Notes: generated from the sequence alone by a model not told the origin. A stretch of DNA of 64,000 nt from Amoeboaphelidium protococcarum X5 (GCA_023515725.1 JALDTO010000179.1:599873-663872), one strand, 5' to 3'. Numbered from the stretch's first letter, positions 12,975 through 27,375 are shown. Program-made: numbers and translations.

Positions 12975-13832
12975 TCACTATTCCTCTATGATGGGATCAC
13001 CGTATTTATTACGCTTGATGTTTTTATCCAAGGTGTCCTACTGTTATAAAGACTTGACTTTACGCGAGCCACTTTTAGCCTAACCGCCAACTTCTTGATC
13101 ATTTTCAATTCTCTAAGAGGAAACGCCAAACAAATCATGTAAGCGCTACTTGGACTCTTAATCTTCATCATCATCATCAGCAGTTTTAAACTAATCTTGC
13201 CCATTTTATTGCTATTACGCTTGTCTTCTAATTTCGTCCCATTTACTTCTTCCGCTAGGTTGACTAAAGCTGCTTCTATTCTATTATGAACGTGTATTGT
13301 TGGCACGACTGTAATCATTCTCTTGATCTCTCAGGTCATCTCCGTCACTATATTTGTCAAATTGAGCCATTTCCTAACCAATTATATCATATTCACTAGC
13401 ATTAGTCTCATCCGCAAAACTATCGCCTTCAAAGGTGACACCTCTAAACCGATACGGTACAAACCCACCTTCACGCCGCGTCTGGTCAACAATCTTCCTA
13501 AACTCATACGCAAGACGACTCTGCTCTCGTGGCATATGCAAGAACTTGTCAAGATTCTTGTTGGTTGAGTAGGTAATCGCGAAACTTGTAGCCACTGTTG
13601 GCACTGTAACTAACGTACCGAGTCTTACAAGTGGATTTAACTGCATGAATTTAGGCTGCCTAGTCAGAAATAGTATTGCGGCGAAACCGGTCAAAGTACC
13701 ACCAAATCCCCACAATGCAACATTTCTAGCCAACTTTTACAGCTACTCCTTCTCTTCAGTCGACGGCTTGTAACTCTCCAGCAACTTTCCAACTTTTTCT
13801 GCGAATATTCCACCCTTTTAATTTTAGTTCAT
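12975..13832 (-). CDS. Two-TM membrane protein with OCIAD-like architecture, 285 aa
   Basis: Two hydrophobic Gly-rich helices, SKWDEIRRQ motif, C-terminal KRNKYGD. One table-6 ORF. Confidence 0.65.
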
Positions 13833-13997
13833 TTTATCTAGCTTTACCAGTCAGTTCGGTGATAAAGAAAATGTGACACTCGATGTAATTATAACGAAAT
13901 TACAATATTGATGAGAAAAAGAATTTTGCGGCTGAGGAAAATAACGTGTGAAGTAAAACGAAGTTTAAAAAAATACATACATAAATCATCAAGTCAT

Positions 13998-14366
13998 TCA
14001 TTCTCTAATGTTGGTAGACCGTTGAGCTTCCCTGATCTTGGATAGATACACTTTGAGGGGCTCAACGTAGAATTCAAACCCAAGAGTCTACATGGCCCAG
14101 AGCAGATCTTCTCCGTTGATAGTCTTTCTCTTTTCTTGCACGCAACGATCAGCAGCCTCGCTAGTGACGAACATTATAAATTCTGAAACACATTCTGAAA
14201 CGGTATCTTTTGCATCTTTTGATATCTTTCCTGTCTGAGGCAGTGCCTGTTTCATCAATCTGATGATATTGGCAATAGGCAACAATCTATCCTGCTCCTT
14301 GATCTCCACTTCACCAATATTTGAAAACTCTTCCACCTCATTACTAACTTCTTCTCTTTCCATCAT
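13998..14366 (-). CDS. HAP3: CCAAT-binding factor subunit NF-YB/Hap3
   Basis: [16 protein letters not shown]...[45 protein letters not shown]; continues through TAG to TGA. Confidence 0.95.
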
Positions 14367-14621
14367 ACTTGACTTGCTATCTGTTTGAAGACAAATTAAA
14401 TTTCAATTGTTAAAATGGAGATAAAAAAAGATGTTTTTAGAGTGATCAATCTGAATTGAAACTGTTCGTCAAACAATGCGCCTTTGATCATTGATCGCGC
14501 TTCTTTAACTAAATCCCACACAGTTTTCCCATCTAATTAGGAATTCAGATCAAGTATAACGACCCAGAGATTCTAATACTTTCGCGTTAATCAAATCATA
14601 TTAAATATTATCAAATAGCAT

Positions 14622-15548
14622 ATGGATAGAGTGGAGGCCGAGTAGGAGTGGGAATCGCTGAGTCATAAAAAGTTGGACATGACTTAGTTGCTGTAGTGGA
14701 GTACTGCTATTTAGTAGCTGGCCCGCGATGACGATCCTGCCTCAAGATAGTAGCAGTAAAGCGGTCAAGAGATTAATCGCTACCCAACGCCGCGTCCATA
14801 GTTAGACACCAAGTGGGTTGAAATACTGATGGGCAAGTCGAGTTTTGTTTAAATGAAAGAGTACTTGGACACGGTGATCGATAGCTCCAAGTCTATGAAT
14901 GGGCGCGTCGACGCGTGTGCTAACCTGCAAGAGATGGCAGAGTCTGTTGACAATGCAAAGAACTTTGTCAAAGCTGGTCTACACTTGAAGCTACTTGATT
15001 GTCTATAGGAGAGTAATTAAGAATTTCTGGTATATGTCGTTTGGACCTTTGGGTGTCTGTGTAGTAATGAATTTTCCATCAAGAAAAAGTTTCTGATTGA
15101 CAACATTCTGCCTCGATTGACAGCTTTGGTTCACTCTTATTAACTACTATAACTTTAATTCGTCGGAGAACTGAAAGATGAGGAGCTTCCAGTTGTGAAG
15201 AAGTACCTGTTCTTTGTGTCCAGTATGCTGAGCAATAATGCAGAAGGCCAAGAGCTGTTTACTCTGAGTGGCGGGAATCAATTGCTTTTAAACCTGGTAT
15301 AAAATTGTCTTTCAATTTGTAATGCAGATAATGCAAAGTCGAAGGTGTTAAAACCACCAGTGGTGAAGGTCATACACATATGGACTCTAATGACGCACAG
15401 TGACGCGTGTCTGAAGTGGATTGACGAGCATTTGAATGCAGGCTTGCTGAAATCTATTGGAGACTTTAGTGTTGATAATGATAATACTATTGCAGAATAG
15501 TTACAGACACTGTGCGATAATATGGCGCGTTTCAACGCACAAAAGTGA
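14622..15548 (+). CDS. FES1: Hsp70 nucleotide exchange factor Fes1/HSPBP1
   Basis: MTQLLQWST...LDTKWVEILMGKS...LQEMAESVDNAKNF followed by ARM-like helices. Confidence 0.8.
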
Positions 15549-15783
15549 TCCTGCATAAGTATTAAATGAACATTTATGTGAGTCAGTGAGTCAGTGAGAT
15601 GTTGAATTTTCTCGATTGTCCGTTTCACCCGAGAATATCTCGATCTCTCGTTTGTTCTTCGTCACTCGCACGTCGTGGATTTCGATCTTTCTCTCTTATC
15701 TTGTAGTTTAGTATTTGGAGTCTCGGCTGGTTGAATCCCCTTTACTTAAACTATTATTATTATTATTTGAAATTTTAAAAACT

Positions 15784-18147
15784 ATGAATGAGTTGCCGTA
15801 AGTCATTTAATCGTTTCTGAGAGCTACAGCTGCTTCATAACCGGCTGGGCCACCATCATATGCTGCGTTTCTCGCTTCCATTCGGTAGAATAGAAAGAAG
15901 AACTTTGCTCTGTTGGTGGTTCTTCTTTCTAGTCCTTGGATATATCGTTACATCAAGAGCAGGTATGAGAAGACTGGATTTTATAGTGAGAGAAGGAAAC
16001 GTTTGGAGAGTTTTGCTCATCATTTGAATGCTGCAGAGTTGATGGAGTATCAAGAGGAGGATGCCCAGTTGGCTGTGGATGCCTCTAAACTGACTCAGAA
16101 CGAGGATGATCCGGTTGCTGCAGAGGAGAGCATGGACAATTTGAATAAAGCTGCTCAAGTTGAAAAGATGACCAAAAAGAAGAAGTAATCTGTTGACAAA
16201 CAGTTTTATCATAAGTTGCAGTTGCTTCTAAAAATTATCGTTCCGCGCTGGAGATCCAAAGAGGCTGCATTTATTGCCGTATAAGGACTGTTTTTGGTGT
16301 TGAGAACTTGGCTCAGTGTTGTTGTTGCTAATATTGATGGTAGAATTGTAAAGGATATTGTGTCTGGAAATGGAAAGTAGTTCCTAGTGGGACTTGGCTA
16401 CTGGTTTGCCATCGCTGTGCCTGCTACCTACACCAACTCCATGATTCGTTATTTGTAGAGCAAGATGGCTATTGCTTTCAGAACTCGACTGACCACTTAT
16501 TTCCACAATTTGTACTTTGAGGATTTGATATACTACAAGCTACTTAATTTGGATAATCGTATTACTGGTCCTGACTAGCTGATATGTAATGATGTCGCCC
16601 GGTTTTGTGATGCTCTTGCCTCGCTGTATTCAAATCTTGCCAAGCCTATTCTGGACACTGCCATCTTTACTTATTAGTTAAACAGATCGATTGGCTCTGT
16701 TGGTATGGCGTTTATATTTGTCAACTACCAGTTTACGGCGTGGTTACTGAGGAAGGCTACTCCTGGATTTGGTAAATTGGCTGCTGTGGAAGCCAAGTTG
16801 GAAGGAGATTTTAGAGGAGCTCATGGTCGATTGATTACTAATGCTGAAGAGATTGCCTTTTATGATGGAGGCAAGAGGGAACATGGCATCTTGGACAAGA
16901 CTTATAAGACTTTGATTCGTCACGTCAATCGTATTTTCAGAATAAGAATATTCTACAACATGTTTGAAGATTTTATAATCAAATACGCATGGAGTGCCGT
17001 GGGACTTTTAATCTGCTCTGTGCCCGTGTTCTTCCCTTCCCTGGCTGGTATAGCTGTTAGCGGTGATGCTTCTAATAGTAGTCATGGCTCTAGGACGTAG
17101 GGATTTATTACCAACAAACGGTTGATGATATCTCTAGCAGATGCAGGTGGTAGAATAATGTATTCTTACAAAGAGATGGCTGAACTTGCTGGCTTCACTA
17201 GCCGTGTATGTGAACTGATGACTGTTTTGAATGATCTTAAAGTACAAAGATATTAGAAGAAGGCTCTAAATGCATCATCACAGTCTTCTTAGGAGAATGG
17301 TACTCTATTAGATGAAGAAAATTTTTCTATTGATCGTATTGAAGGCACCGTTGAGTTGGGTTATAATGGCGTCTCGTTGTAGTAGGTGCCAGTTGTCACT
17401 CCGTCTGGCGATCTATTGGTGAAGAATGTTAATTTCGACATCTGGCCAGGAATGCATTTGATGATCAGTGGATCTAATGGTGTTGGTAAGAGTGCAGTGA
17501 TGAGAGTTATTTGCGGATTGTGGCCAGTCTTTAAGGGAAAACTGAACCGACCACTTGATGTAGATGTAGTAGCGATTCCCTAGAGGCCATACTTGTCCAT
17601 TGGCTCTTTGAGAGATTAGGTGATCTATCCTCATAATCATACGAATATGCAGCTTTCTGGTAGGACTGATGAAGATTTGATGAGAATCCTAGAAATTGTG
17701 CATCTCGATTATCTGCCTGAGCGTGAAGGTGGATGGGATGCTTTGAGGGAATGGAAAGATGTGTTGAGTGGTGGAGAGAAGCAGAGAATGAACTTGGCCA
17801 GATTGTTCTATCATCGTCCACCATTCGCCATCCTTGATGAGGCAACGTCTGCTGTCAGTACAGATGTCGAGGGTCTTATGTATTAGAGAGCGCAAGATTT
17901 TGGTATTACGCTAATCACCATAAGTCATAAGCCATCACTGTTCAAGTACCACAAGTATCTTCTCACTCTGAAAGGTGAAGATAAGAGTTGGGAGTGGACG
18001 GAGTTGAACAATGACAAGGCACAGACTACAGTTGAGAATGAAATTAAAGATTTGGAAAGTCGTCTCCAGCAAGAGGAGTCTATGGTAACTCGCTTGAATG
18101 AGATCAATTAGCTACTTGGAGTCAAGACTAATGCCACCAAGAAATGA
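15784..18147 (+). CDS. PXA1: Peroxisomal ABCD half-transporter
   Basis: EAA motif ([12 protein letters not shown]), Walker [15 protein letters not shown] (Q=TAG), [19 protein letters not shown]. Confidence 0.95.
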
Positions 18148-18207
18148 GAAGGAAGATTTTTACGTATTTGAATTGATATGAATCGCGATATGAACAATAA
18201 TGTTTTC

Positions 18208-19392
18208 TCAATCTTACGCATGTATCTCTTTACCATTAACCATTATAGTTGTAAATTACATTGATGATTCCAGATTACTCTTATTAACAGTGACAGACGA
18301 AGGTGATACTTGAATTTTCACAGAATCTCCAATGTTGATACCATCATCAAAAGTGACTTTAAGCTCTTTACCAACCTTGTCAGTACGAACAATCTGGCAA
18401 GTATGGCCAGTTGAAATCTAAATGTCGATAGTAGATTATGGCGCGTATTTGACACAATCAACGCGTAATGTGAACCAGCACTCGTCAACCAATAACACTT
18501 TGAAACTGCACTCAAAGACTTTAGTGCTATGAACATACTCCATAGTCAGCACTTTCAATCCACTACCCATACTCTTGACATACGGCGGGAATCCGTATTT
18601 ATGATAGTATGAAGCGATATTGCTCACTGAACTCGGAAACGACGAGCTCACGGTATCCAGGATCCAGGAGGGAATACTACCATTAGGATTAGTCTAGATC
18701 ATATAGGAGACGCGCATGCACCCATTCTTCAAATCCTCCAAATGCATAACACCCATATCAAGACAGGCTCTCACATGTCTAGAATCAGCCTTCAACTGAC
18801 GCCATTTATCCTTCATTACTATTGGACCAGTGGGTTGTTGATCTTATTACTCAGGTAGAGAGAAACCAACAGCGACTAAGTTGACACCATGAGAACTACC
18901 GGGTTCTGCAGTATTACAATCGCCTCCATCGGATGGAACTTCAAAAGATACGGCTCCAACTAGCAGATCGCGTGGACTAACTGGCCAGACAGCCTTGGAC
19001 TTGGATAGTGCAATTTTACAGTCAAGAGAGAAGGCTTCAATCAGATCAGCTCCATTGAACATTTCATCCCAGATCATGCGACAACCGGATGATTAAAAGA
19101 TTGCCATGAAATCGTCCATGTTATGTATGCAATTACTTTCAGAACTTTTCGCTGCAGCATCCGATTGCTAAGCAGAATTGTATAGAGGATACTCAGCGAC
19201 GCCAAGGACTATGCCAGTGGGGTGATTAGCAATAGGTTTCTTGTACACTTTCACCGCACCATCAATGATGCGAACATGTTACTGAGCCATCATCTCCTGT
19301 CTCAATTGGATATACTGTTAAAATTTAGCTTGAGCTCTGTCCAGTATACTCTTCTCAACCACACGGTCATCATTACTATCTGGGATTGACAT
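18208..19392 (-). CDS. START-domain lipid-binding protein, 394 aa
   Basis: CRMIWDEMF...KAVWPVSPRDL...TNPNGSIPSWI...YYHKYGFPPY. Confidence 0.8.
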
Positions 19393-19696
19393 CTTAATCG
19401 CTGAGATTTAACTGATATGTAGTGAGTGTTATTGCAACAAGAGACGAGTCTGGCACGCTGTGGCTTAAACGCGTCGCCGGGATCAAATAGTGAAAGCTTG
19501 ATTGAATACTAATATTATAAGTATTTTTTAACAGGAATGTTCGCAGAAGTATTTATAGTTTATTATTCATTCTATTTATTCAAACTGGGCTAAGAGACTA
19601 ACCATCAAAAGTCCATGAACCACAGTTTAGAGATGACACAGAAGAACACCCAGAGCTATTGAAGAAACACCACAACATTATATCATGTTACAAACT

Positions 19697-20914
19697 TCAT
19701 TATTCAGACCACAAAGCTAAATTATCTTGAGAAGTCTTGTTATTAATTTTTGGCGTTACTTGATCAAAGAATTGCTTCTTGATCTACAGATGATGTGCAA
19801 AGTTGGTCAATCCCTTTTCATACTTGGACAAGGATAAATGCAGCTCATCCTTCATATCACTGCTCAACTGGACATCAAGCTAAACTAAGCAATTATGCTG
19901 ATCCTTCGTAAGCGTAACTTAAATTGGACCACCTTCATTATTATTACCAACTCTATCGTTAGAGTGAATGAACAGGGACTCTCTATTTTAAGCCCAGTTG
20001 AAATCAACACGAATTATCAATGTCATCTTACCATTTAAGCCAGAATTAAACTTTATCAATAACTATCCCTTCTATTAGATGTAGTCGATGTATTTTATAA
20101 TACTTGATAGAGCTACTTCTCCTTACAATTACTACTCAAGAGAAGACCATGACAAATCGAGAAGCATCGGAGGGCCACCATTCTTCACCGCAAAATCTGC
20201 TGCGTCAATCATTGATCGAGGAATAACCTTGGTGGCTAGTGGCATAACATAGGAGACCATACCTTTAGGATCCATCTACATCATCATGCTCAGTTTCAAC
20301 TTATCTCCAAGACGCGTCACATAGAAACTGGCCAGTCTGATTGTGGCAATCGTTCGCTTACTCAACTCCTGAGGTGTCAGTGTATTTGCCACCTATGGAC
20401 CATACTGAAAATCATCTACAGAACATATGAAGCACAGCGCAGATTCTCCGTTACCATCTGTGCCATACTGAGGATTGTACATCACTGTAGCAAGACCGGG
20501 AAACACGCGGCTTGTGATAGGCCAGATGCCTTTGACCAGAGCAGTTCCCAGCACGGATTTAGTATTAAGAATCTCATGGAATCTCGAGTCTTCAAATACA
20601 GGATCCCACTAGCATTTAACAGATGGATACACTAGAGTGGAGATCAGATCCAGGGCGGACAGCTGCTAATATCCAGACAAATCAATCTCCGCTCTAATGA
20701 CACGATTCAACGCCGGACTGGGCTAATCATTCAACTGCGCCGTATAGATCTTGGTCTACTTACCATCACTCTCAACTTTCCAATCCACTGACTCGCCATA
20801 GTACTGTTACAAGCGTGCATATGCAGCCTTCACCAAATCGTAATACTTGTGCTTATCGCCAAAATCGCTCGTAGACAGCAGAGGATCATTTAGATTAGTT
20901 TTGAGAATTGTCAT
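19697..20914 (-). CDS. Second START-domain protein (tandem, diverged paralogue), ~405 aa
   Basis: KCQWDPVF...KGIWPITSR...MDPKGMVSY...FAVKNGGPP. Same architecture as its neighbour. Confidence 0.7.
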
Positions 20915-21420
20915 ACTTATTAGCTTCTGATTATAATCGCACAATTGTTCTCTTTGTGTAAAATTATGAGCAGATTAAAGATGTTCGTAGTACTTAACGT
21001 AGCGAGAGAGAGATCAATCAAAGTGCGCCACAGAACCGGCTTTTAACGAGATTTCGCTGATCTTTGTTGAATCTGCGTTTTGACTCACCAATCTGGCGCT
21101 GTCGTTTCATCACCACGATGATGATTCGTCATTGTTGTAAAGAAGATTTGTAGCAATAAATAATATTAAAACTTAGTACCATTTTCTTTCTACTGATCTT
21201 AGCTGTGTAATATCTTTATTGCACTTACAGAGCATGATCAATTTTCGATACATGAGCATTCTATTGTGGCAAGCAGATTGAAGCTTACCGCTTGAGCATC
21301 GTTCACTTAAACGCGTGGCACGTTTTCACTTCATCTTTACCGCCAGATAATGATTTTTTGAGTCGGTACTTTTAGCCATAACAGAAATCTTGGGATCAAT
21401 TTCTCAAATTAGATAGAATT

Positions 21421-21972
21421 ATGAAGATCAAATAAAAATACGTACCAAAGGCTAAGAGAAATGCTGGACCGCTTTAGAGTGATCGGAAATGGAAAGATAC
21501 TAATGCGAGTTAACGCATCATCTTTGTGAAATGTCCAAACTGCTAGTAAAGCATCAAAGAATCTGAATTTAATAAGCATCTTAGAATAGAACTTCTCGAT
21601 CCTAAATGGGCATAATAAAAAAAGATTGAATTGGATAGGCGAGGTGGGCGGTCCAGTAATTTGCTTGATGATGGCGCGTAGGTGCATTAATTTCTATCTC
21701 ATCTTTAATCTGGTGATGATGGCAACGATAAATCTGCTGCATAATCTTAATCAGCGTCCACTTTAAGCTCTCTTAATTCTAGTGATGGTCATAGCAACGC
21801 GCATAAAAGAAAACCTGTGCTATGGGATGGTACTACAGAGTCTATTAGCATTACTACAAAGACAGCGATTGCAGTTCAATTACAATAAGGCTTGGATGGA
21901 CATTTACACAACGACAAACCTCTCATAGGCCCTCAGCTTCCTAAATCCAAGAAATAAATGTGTAAATATTGA
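21421..21972 (+). CDS. SF3A1/Prp21 C-terminal half only (no SURP domains), 183 aa
   Basis: MKIKQKYVPK...CPNCQQSIKESEFNKHLRIELLDPKW...VLWDG...IGP. In-frame TGA upstream at 21253. Confidence 0.75.
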
Positions 21973-22048
21973 TGAATAGCATTTATAGATTAGTATTATT
22001 CTATTTTTTTCAAGTCTATAATGTATATATTGTATAAAACATCATCTA

Positions 22049-24016
22049 TCATCTTTTTAGAGGAATGATTAAAGACTCTTGCTCACTATCAGATGCTTCA
22101 CCAGGAGGCTTCCACTTATCCTGGACCAATACTTTACCACTCCTGAGCCAGTCAATATCCTCGACCAGAGCCGGATTAAGCAACTTCGCGTGATATTTGC
22201 GACGAATCACCTGGAGAATATAATCCAAATCGGAGCCATCTTTAACAACTGATCCATAGAGACCGTACTTCTACCGCAAGTTGACCATATCCATAATCAC
22301 ATTCCCAATTTCTTTGTGCCTGCTGTCATTATGAAGCTATTTCAAAATTAGATAGTACGTGCCATCATCTGGCTTGATCAGCTATCGCACAGTCTAATAC
22401 AGTTCATACACATGCATAGACTGCGATTAATGCTGACGAAGCAGTATCGCCATATTGAACGTGTTGGTATCGGCAACCTGTTCGTCATCAGAAGACTTGA
22501 CATTATGACGAGACAACTATTGCTATTATTCGTGACGACTGAGAGCCTGAGATATTAAACTATCAGCATCTTGGAACTATTTACACCTGATCATGGAGAG
22601 TAAAGCATAGTTCAAACTCTTAGATGCGGGATTCATTGATTTGTCAAGCATCTGGTAATAAGTCTCGGCGTTCTTCATCAGGAGGGCTTAATGTTTAGTC
22701 GACTTGTCACTTTATTTCAGAACTCTTATCACATCTCGATAAGAGGTCCCGTTGATACCAGCACGAGCACACCGTGCCACAATCAGCGAGTTGAAGCTCT
22801 TCTCATCAGGCTCGTGGCCGTCACTCTTCAACCTCTCTATCAAGGCCTCAACTTTCTCAACGCGTCCACGTATAGCAAAATTCCATAACAATACATTGTA
22901 TAAATCTATGGTGGGCTTAATTTTCAGCGACTACATCTCCATTGTGATACTGTTCAAATTCGCATCCCGGTCATGAGACTGCGCCAAATACTTCAAAATC
23001 ACACCATAAGAGTACGCGTTGGGTCTCATCTACTTGCTCTCTTTCATTATAGCCAACAAGTTAAGCATGGCCATCTTATCTCCAGACATTCGGTAACAAT
23101 CCAGAAGTGAATTATACAAATGAGTTAATGCAGACTCTGGATGATATTTGCGCGTGGACGACTATCTAATCTACTAACTCTGTACCAAATTGTGAGCAAT
23201 TTTCAACCACTTGATACATCCTTGAGGATCACGTAACCGCGCATGACCATAAATTATAGTATGAAGTAACTGTAAATCAAGACTTATATTTTAACTTTTC
23301 AGTACAGATTCCAGTATCCGATTAGCTTAGATGATATGCGGATTCTTACCCAAGTCCATACGGAATTCACGCTTGACAAAGTCATCAGATGCCTTGTCCA
23401 TTAGAGATTTAATCAAATAATCTGCTGCACCAACTGAGACTATATTCTAATCCTTATGAACCAAATCAAATATCTGAGTAGCCATATCAAATCTTTACTA
23501 GTTACACAGGCCCTTGGTCAGAGCGAATACTGTCTTTTTATCAACAGTTATACCATCATCCCTCAATCGCTTAAACACAGAGAATAATTCAGAATGTGGC
23601 CTCTCATAAAGTACCATAAAGTCTAATAGCTAATTATACGAAACTATATCCTTCTTTGGTATATCATTGAACACGCGCGCAACAATTTCCAATGACGGGC
23701 AATACTTATCTGATATGCTCTTTGAGAAGGTGAGCTAATGCAATCGATTCAGGGCTACAGACGCGTATTCATTAGATATCTTATTAGTCTCGACTTGTTT
23801 TACAAAAGACTGTTGATCAAGATTTTTGATATCTTCATCATTAGAAATTATTTAACCATTTTTCACTATATCTATATCAGTGTACCGGGTGCTTGATTAA
23901 TGAATCTATCGCGTATTTCTCAAATTTACAGCGGATGTAAGATATAGTTTTGTCGACCGCACTTAGTAGCCATGTGTACGTAAACCAAGGCCAGCATATT
24001 TAAATATCCGCTACAT
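22049..24016 (-). CDS. Mitochondrial pentatricopeptide-repeat (PPR) protein, 655 aa
   Basis: Presequence; PPR-like repeats (KDIVSYNQLL, PNAYSYGVIL, PTIDLYNVLL, DTNTFNMAIL, PDDGTYYLIL). Confidence 0.8.
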
Positions 24017-24256
24017 AAGATTACAATCTTGACTCAATCCCAATTCAGTCAATTTTTCACTTCTCTTCAAAACAATTGATCAATCAATCGGCGGTGAGTT
24101 CTCCTTTGCTTTCTTTTACTGAAAAGCTTACATTCGCGCTCGTTCAATTCTTAATACAAATTTATAGGAGCGAAACTATATTGTAATTAATCTAGTCTGT
24201 TAGTCAATCGCTGGCAATATTTTTGCCTACTATAGAATTGCCAGTACTCATTAAAA

Positions 24257-25345
24257 ATGACATCACTGCTAAATTAGCTATACCATAGAGTTCTGACACA
24301 GGGCGACTCTTAGTCAGAAGATGATGTTGGAGATTCCGATCTGGCGTCACCTCTACTTCTAATGGCACATTAGCACATAACGTCTCTAGTTAGACCGGCA
24401 GTTAAGACTGTCGTTAATAATGTTATAATGGCCTCTGCATCCTCTTCGTCGCTGCCATTTAAAATTCCACCACAAGTCAATTTATGGTTTGATGAGCTGT
24501 ATTTAGTGTTTTAGTTATTGGTTGAAGCTAGATCGTTGATGCAAGACAATGCCACGATGCTTGAACATTTGTATGGAGTTGAGAGGAGCTTGTCGCGTAA
24601 AAGTATTAGTACTAGGCGCGTCTTGTTTATTAATATCATGCAGAGTATTATCGTACCTTATATAGTATCTAAGTGTGACGGCTATTAGCAAGACTTGAAA
24701 GATTTTGAGGAGCGGCGATTAACTATAGATGCTTGGTATAGTGCTAGGGAGAAGTTATTATTGTCAGAGTAGTCGCATACTAAACTTTTTTCGAGATTGA
24801 TATATATTGTAAAGCTGGTGTTATTGCGCTCTAAACAATTTATCTACAAATTGATGGAAGGACATTATTCCAATATCAGTATCGTGGTGCGATTATGTAA
24901 TTTGGCGGTAAAGTTGTTATACTTTGTGGGCATGAGCAAATATTGGTCACTGAGTCATTTATTGACGGGTATTCGTTACATCAATTCCCACGCTAAATAG
25001 TAATAGCAATAATTGAATGGAAAATAAGATTGGACTCGGTCTATAATTAATCTCTCTATCGTGGCTTTATACTTTTCAGAATGGTGGACTGACACTGGAT
25101 ATAAACAGATCAAACAGGGTCAGAAATAGAGTTTAATTGTGCCTCCACCTATTACTCCTATGTTCCCTAAGAGGTAGTGTCCTATATGCGCGCAAGACAC
25201 GTTCAAGAATGAAGTTTTGCTGAAAGAGACTGGTGTTGTTTACTGTCACGACTGTCTGAAGGCGTACATTCAAAAAATTTCTAAATCTGCAGATACATTC
25301 AAGGAGATGATCCTATCTAACCGTATTATTAAAATATACCTTTGA
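24257..25345 (+). CDS. PEX12: Peroxin Pex12 (Pex2/Pex12 N-terminal domain + degenerate RING)
   Basis: WFDELYL...NATMLEHLYGVER, FSEWW, VPPP, CPIC...TGVVYCHDC, IIKIY end. Confidence 0.8.
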
Positions 25346-25596
25346 ATTCATGAATTTATTAAATGCTGTGCATAATTTTGAATTCTATTGTAGCTAATCC
25401 TTGTAGGCATCGTCACCAAAAGATCAAAATCTTGAAATGATTTAAACGCGCTCGCTCTCATCGCGGCTCTTCCTTTTGCGGTTTCAAGTCGCTTCATTCA
25501 CTGTGGGGCATATAGAATTATACAATTCAGTTCGCTGTGTATTAGACTCAAATATTAGGAGATATCTGACCATAGCTATAGGAGCTTTTTAATAAA

Positions 25597-26385
25597 ATGG
25601 TTAATGCGCTAATAAATTCGCCAGCTTTGTTCAGTCTGAGCGGTATCGACAATATCGAACCTTTGGTGAGGAGCATGTTGTTCACTCCCCTGAATGAGTC
25701 CAAGTCTATTCTGAATGGTAATGTGCTGAATACTGCCAGTCCTCTGGTGGAACGTTTAATTAAGCAGTTGACAATGTATGAACTTACGCTTCAGGATGAC
25801 AAGTACAGCTAAGAGACTCAGAATCAAATTCGCAACCTGGCGAACAAGTGCAAGTTGAGTCCGTAAGATTTTGTCGCTCAGAGTCGATTGTATCAGCAGT
25901 TTCCCACCACCATACTCAGATTATATCCTGATTCGTAGCTTTATAAGAGCAGCGATGATGTTGACAGCACATCGATTGAGTTATAAGAGCACCTGAAGGC
26001 ATCAACATTGATAAATACTGTTCTGTAGCTATCTCATAATCTGAAGCATGATGTGTAAACTCTGCCGAATCACAAGTACATTGCTCATCAGTTGGCCTTA
26101 TTGTATCAGAGTATAAATCAGTTGCGTAACTTTATTAAAGCAAACTATCCTCCAATGAATTTCTTGAAGAAGGATGGAAGCAACGTATCCACGATTTTTG
26201 AAGGCTACAAAGAGCGGATCGAGGTGGAGTTTGATAATGTCAAGGCTGGATGTCAAACTAATGATACAGTGTCAGATCCTCAACTTAACGCTGATCTTCG
26301 CCAATGGCTAGTGAGCTTATGCACAGACGCTATTGAAGAACTGTCCAACAATGCTCCTATTATATACAGCTAATCTTTCAAGTGA
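25597..26385 (+). CDS. Uncharacterized helical protein, 262 aa
   Basis: Open table-6 ORF; motif NHKYIAHQLALLYQSINQL. Function unknown. Confidence 0.75.
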
Positions 26386-26505
26386 TATAGTTGTAGAATT
26401 AAATGTCATTCTCCTAATATTTATTTTCTCTTTTGTTTTGATCTTTCGCTCTTAAAGTAACCGAGTTTTTTAATTAGAAATTTATCCATCAGTCCGGAGT
26501 GAGGT

Positions 26506-27375
26506 ATGAATTACGCGTAGGAATAAAGAGATGAGTTGGAGGCTCTTTTAGCTATATACCCTGAAGAATTGAGAGTGGTTCGATTATCTAAAAGCATTTT
26601 GGATATAGATCCAGAGTTTGCTTCTCAGCTATAAATTGATGGAGATGACCGATTGATTGACGCTTTAAGTGCTCTCCAAGTTGAAGACGCTTCGAACGCG
26701 ATTATTAGAGATAATACTGTCGTTGTAGTAAAATTATCTCCAGATTAGGATATTTGTATGGATGACGCTCCAGAATTGACGGATTGTCTCGAAATAGTAG
26801 TTTCTCTGGCATTTTCGCTGAGTCCCAACTACCCATCCGATGCACCTGTAATGCATATTGAGATGGAGAATTTACCTGATAGAATGCGGAAATAGATGAA
26901 AGATTAGACGCGTCAATGGCTGACAGAGCTAGAGTAATCCGCGCAGGAATACGCTGAGATGCCTTGTGTCTTTCAACTTGCGCAACATCTCAAGGATGGC
27001 CTTGATGCTTATATTCAGCAGCTGGTTGATAATCACAAGCATGAAGAAGAGTAAAGGCGGCTGGCTGAAGAGTAAGAGGCCGAGAGGAAGAGGAATGCAG
27101 GCACTCCAATAACAGAAGAGACGTTTAGAGCGTGGAAAGAGAAGTTTAATGCTTGGCGCAATGCTCAAAATCATCAAAGATAGTAGCAGCAAATTGCGGC
27201 AGATTCGAACAAGTTGACGGGAAGATAAATATTTGAACGTAATATTGCTCTGGCCACTAGCGATGGTGCAGATGATGACGAGTCTGAAGTTGTCGTATTT
27301 GACAAGTCGGCATTTGAAGATGAAGTGTTCTCTTCAGACGATGATTAGGAAGACCAGGATGATCACAACACTTGA
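26506..27375 (+). CDS. GIR2: RWD-domain DRG-binding protein (RWDD1/Gir2)
   Basis: MNYAQEQRDELEALLAIYPEE, YPSDAP, GTPITEETFRAWKEKF, KLTGRQIFE, acidic tail. Confidence 0.9.

Noticed and set aside
19580-19699. TGA readthrough or selenocysteine extension of START2 (38 open codons after the stop)
   Set aside because: With a single stop codon, open stretches of this length are expected by chance. No SECIS recognised.
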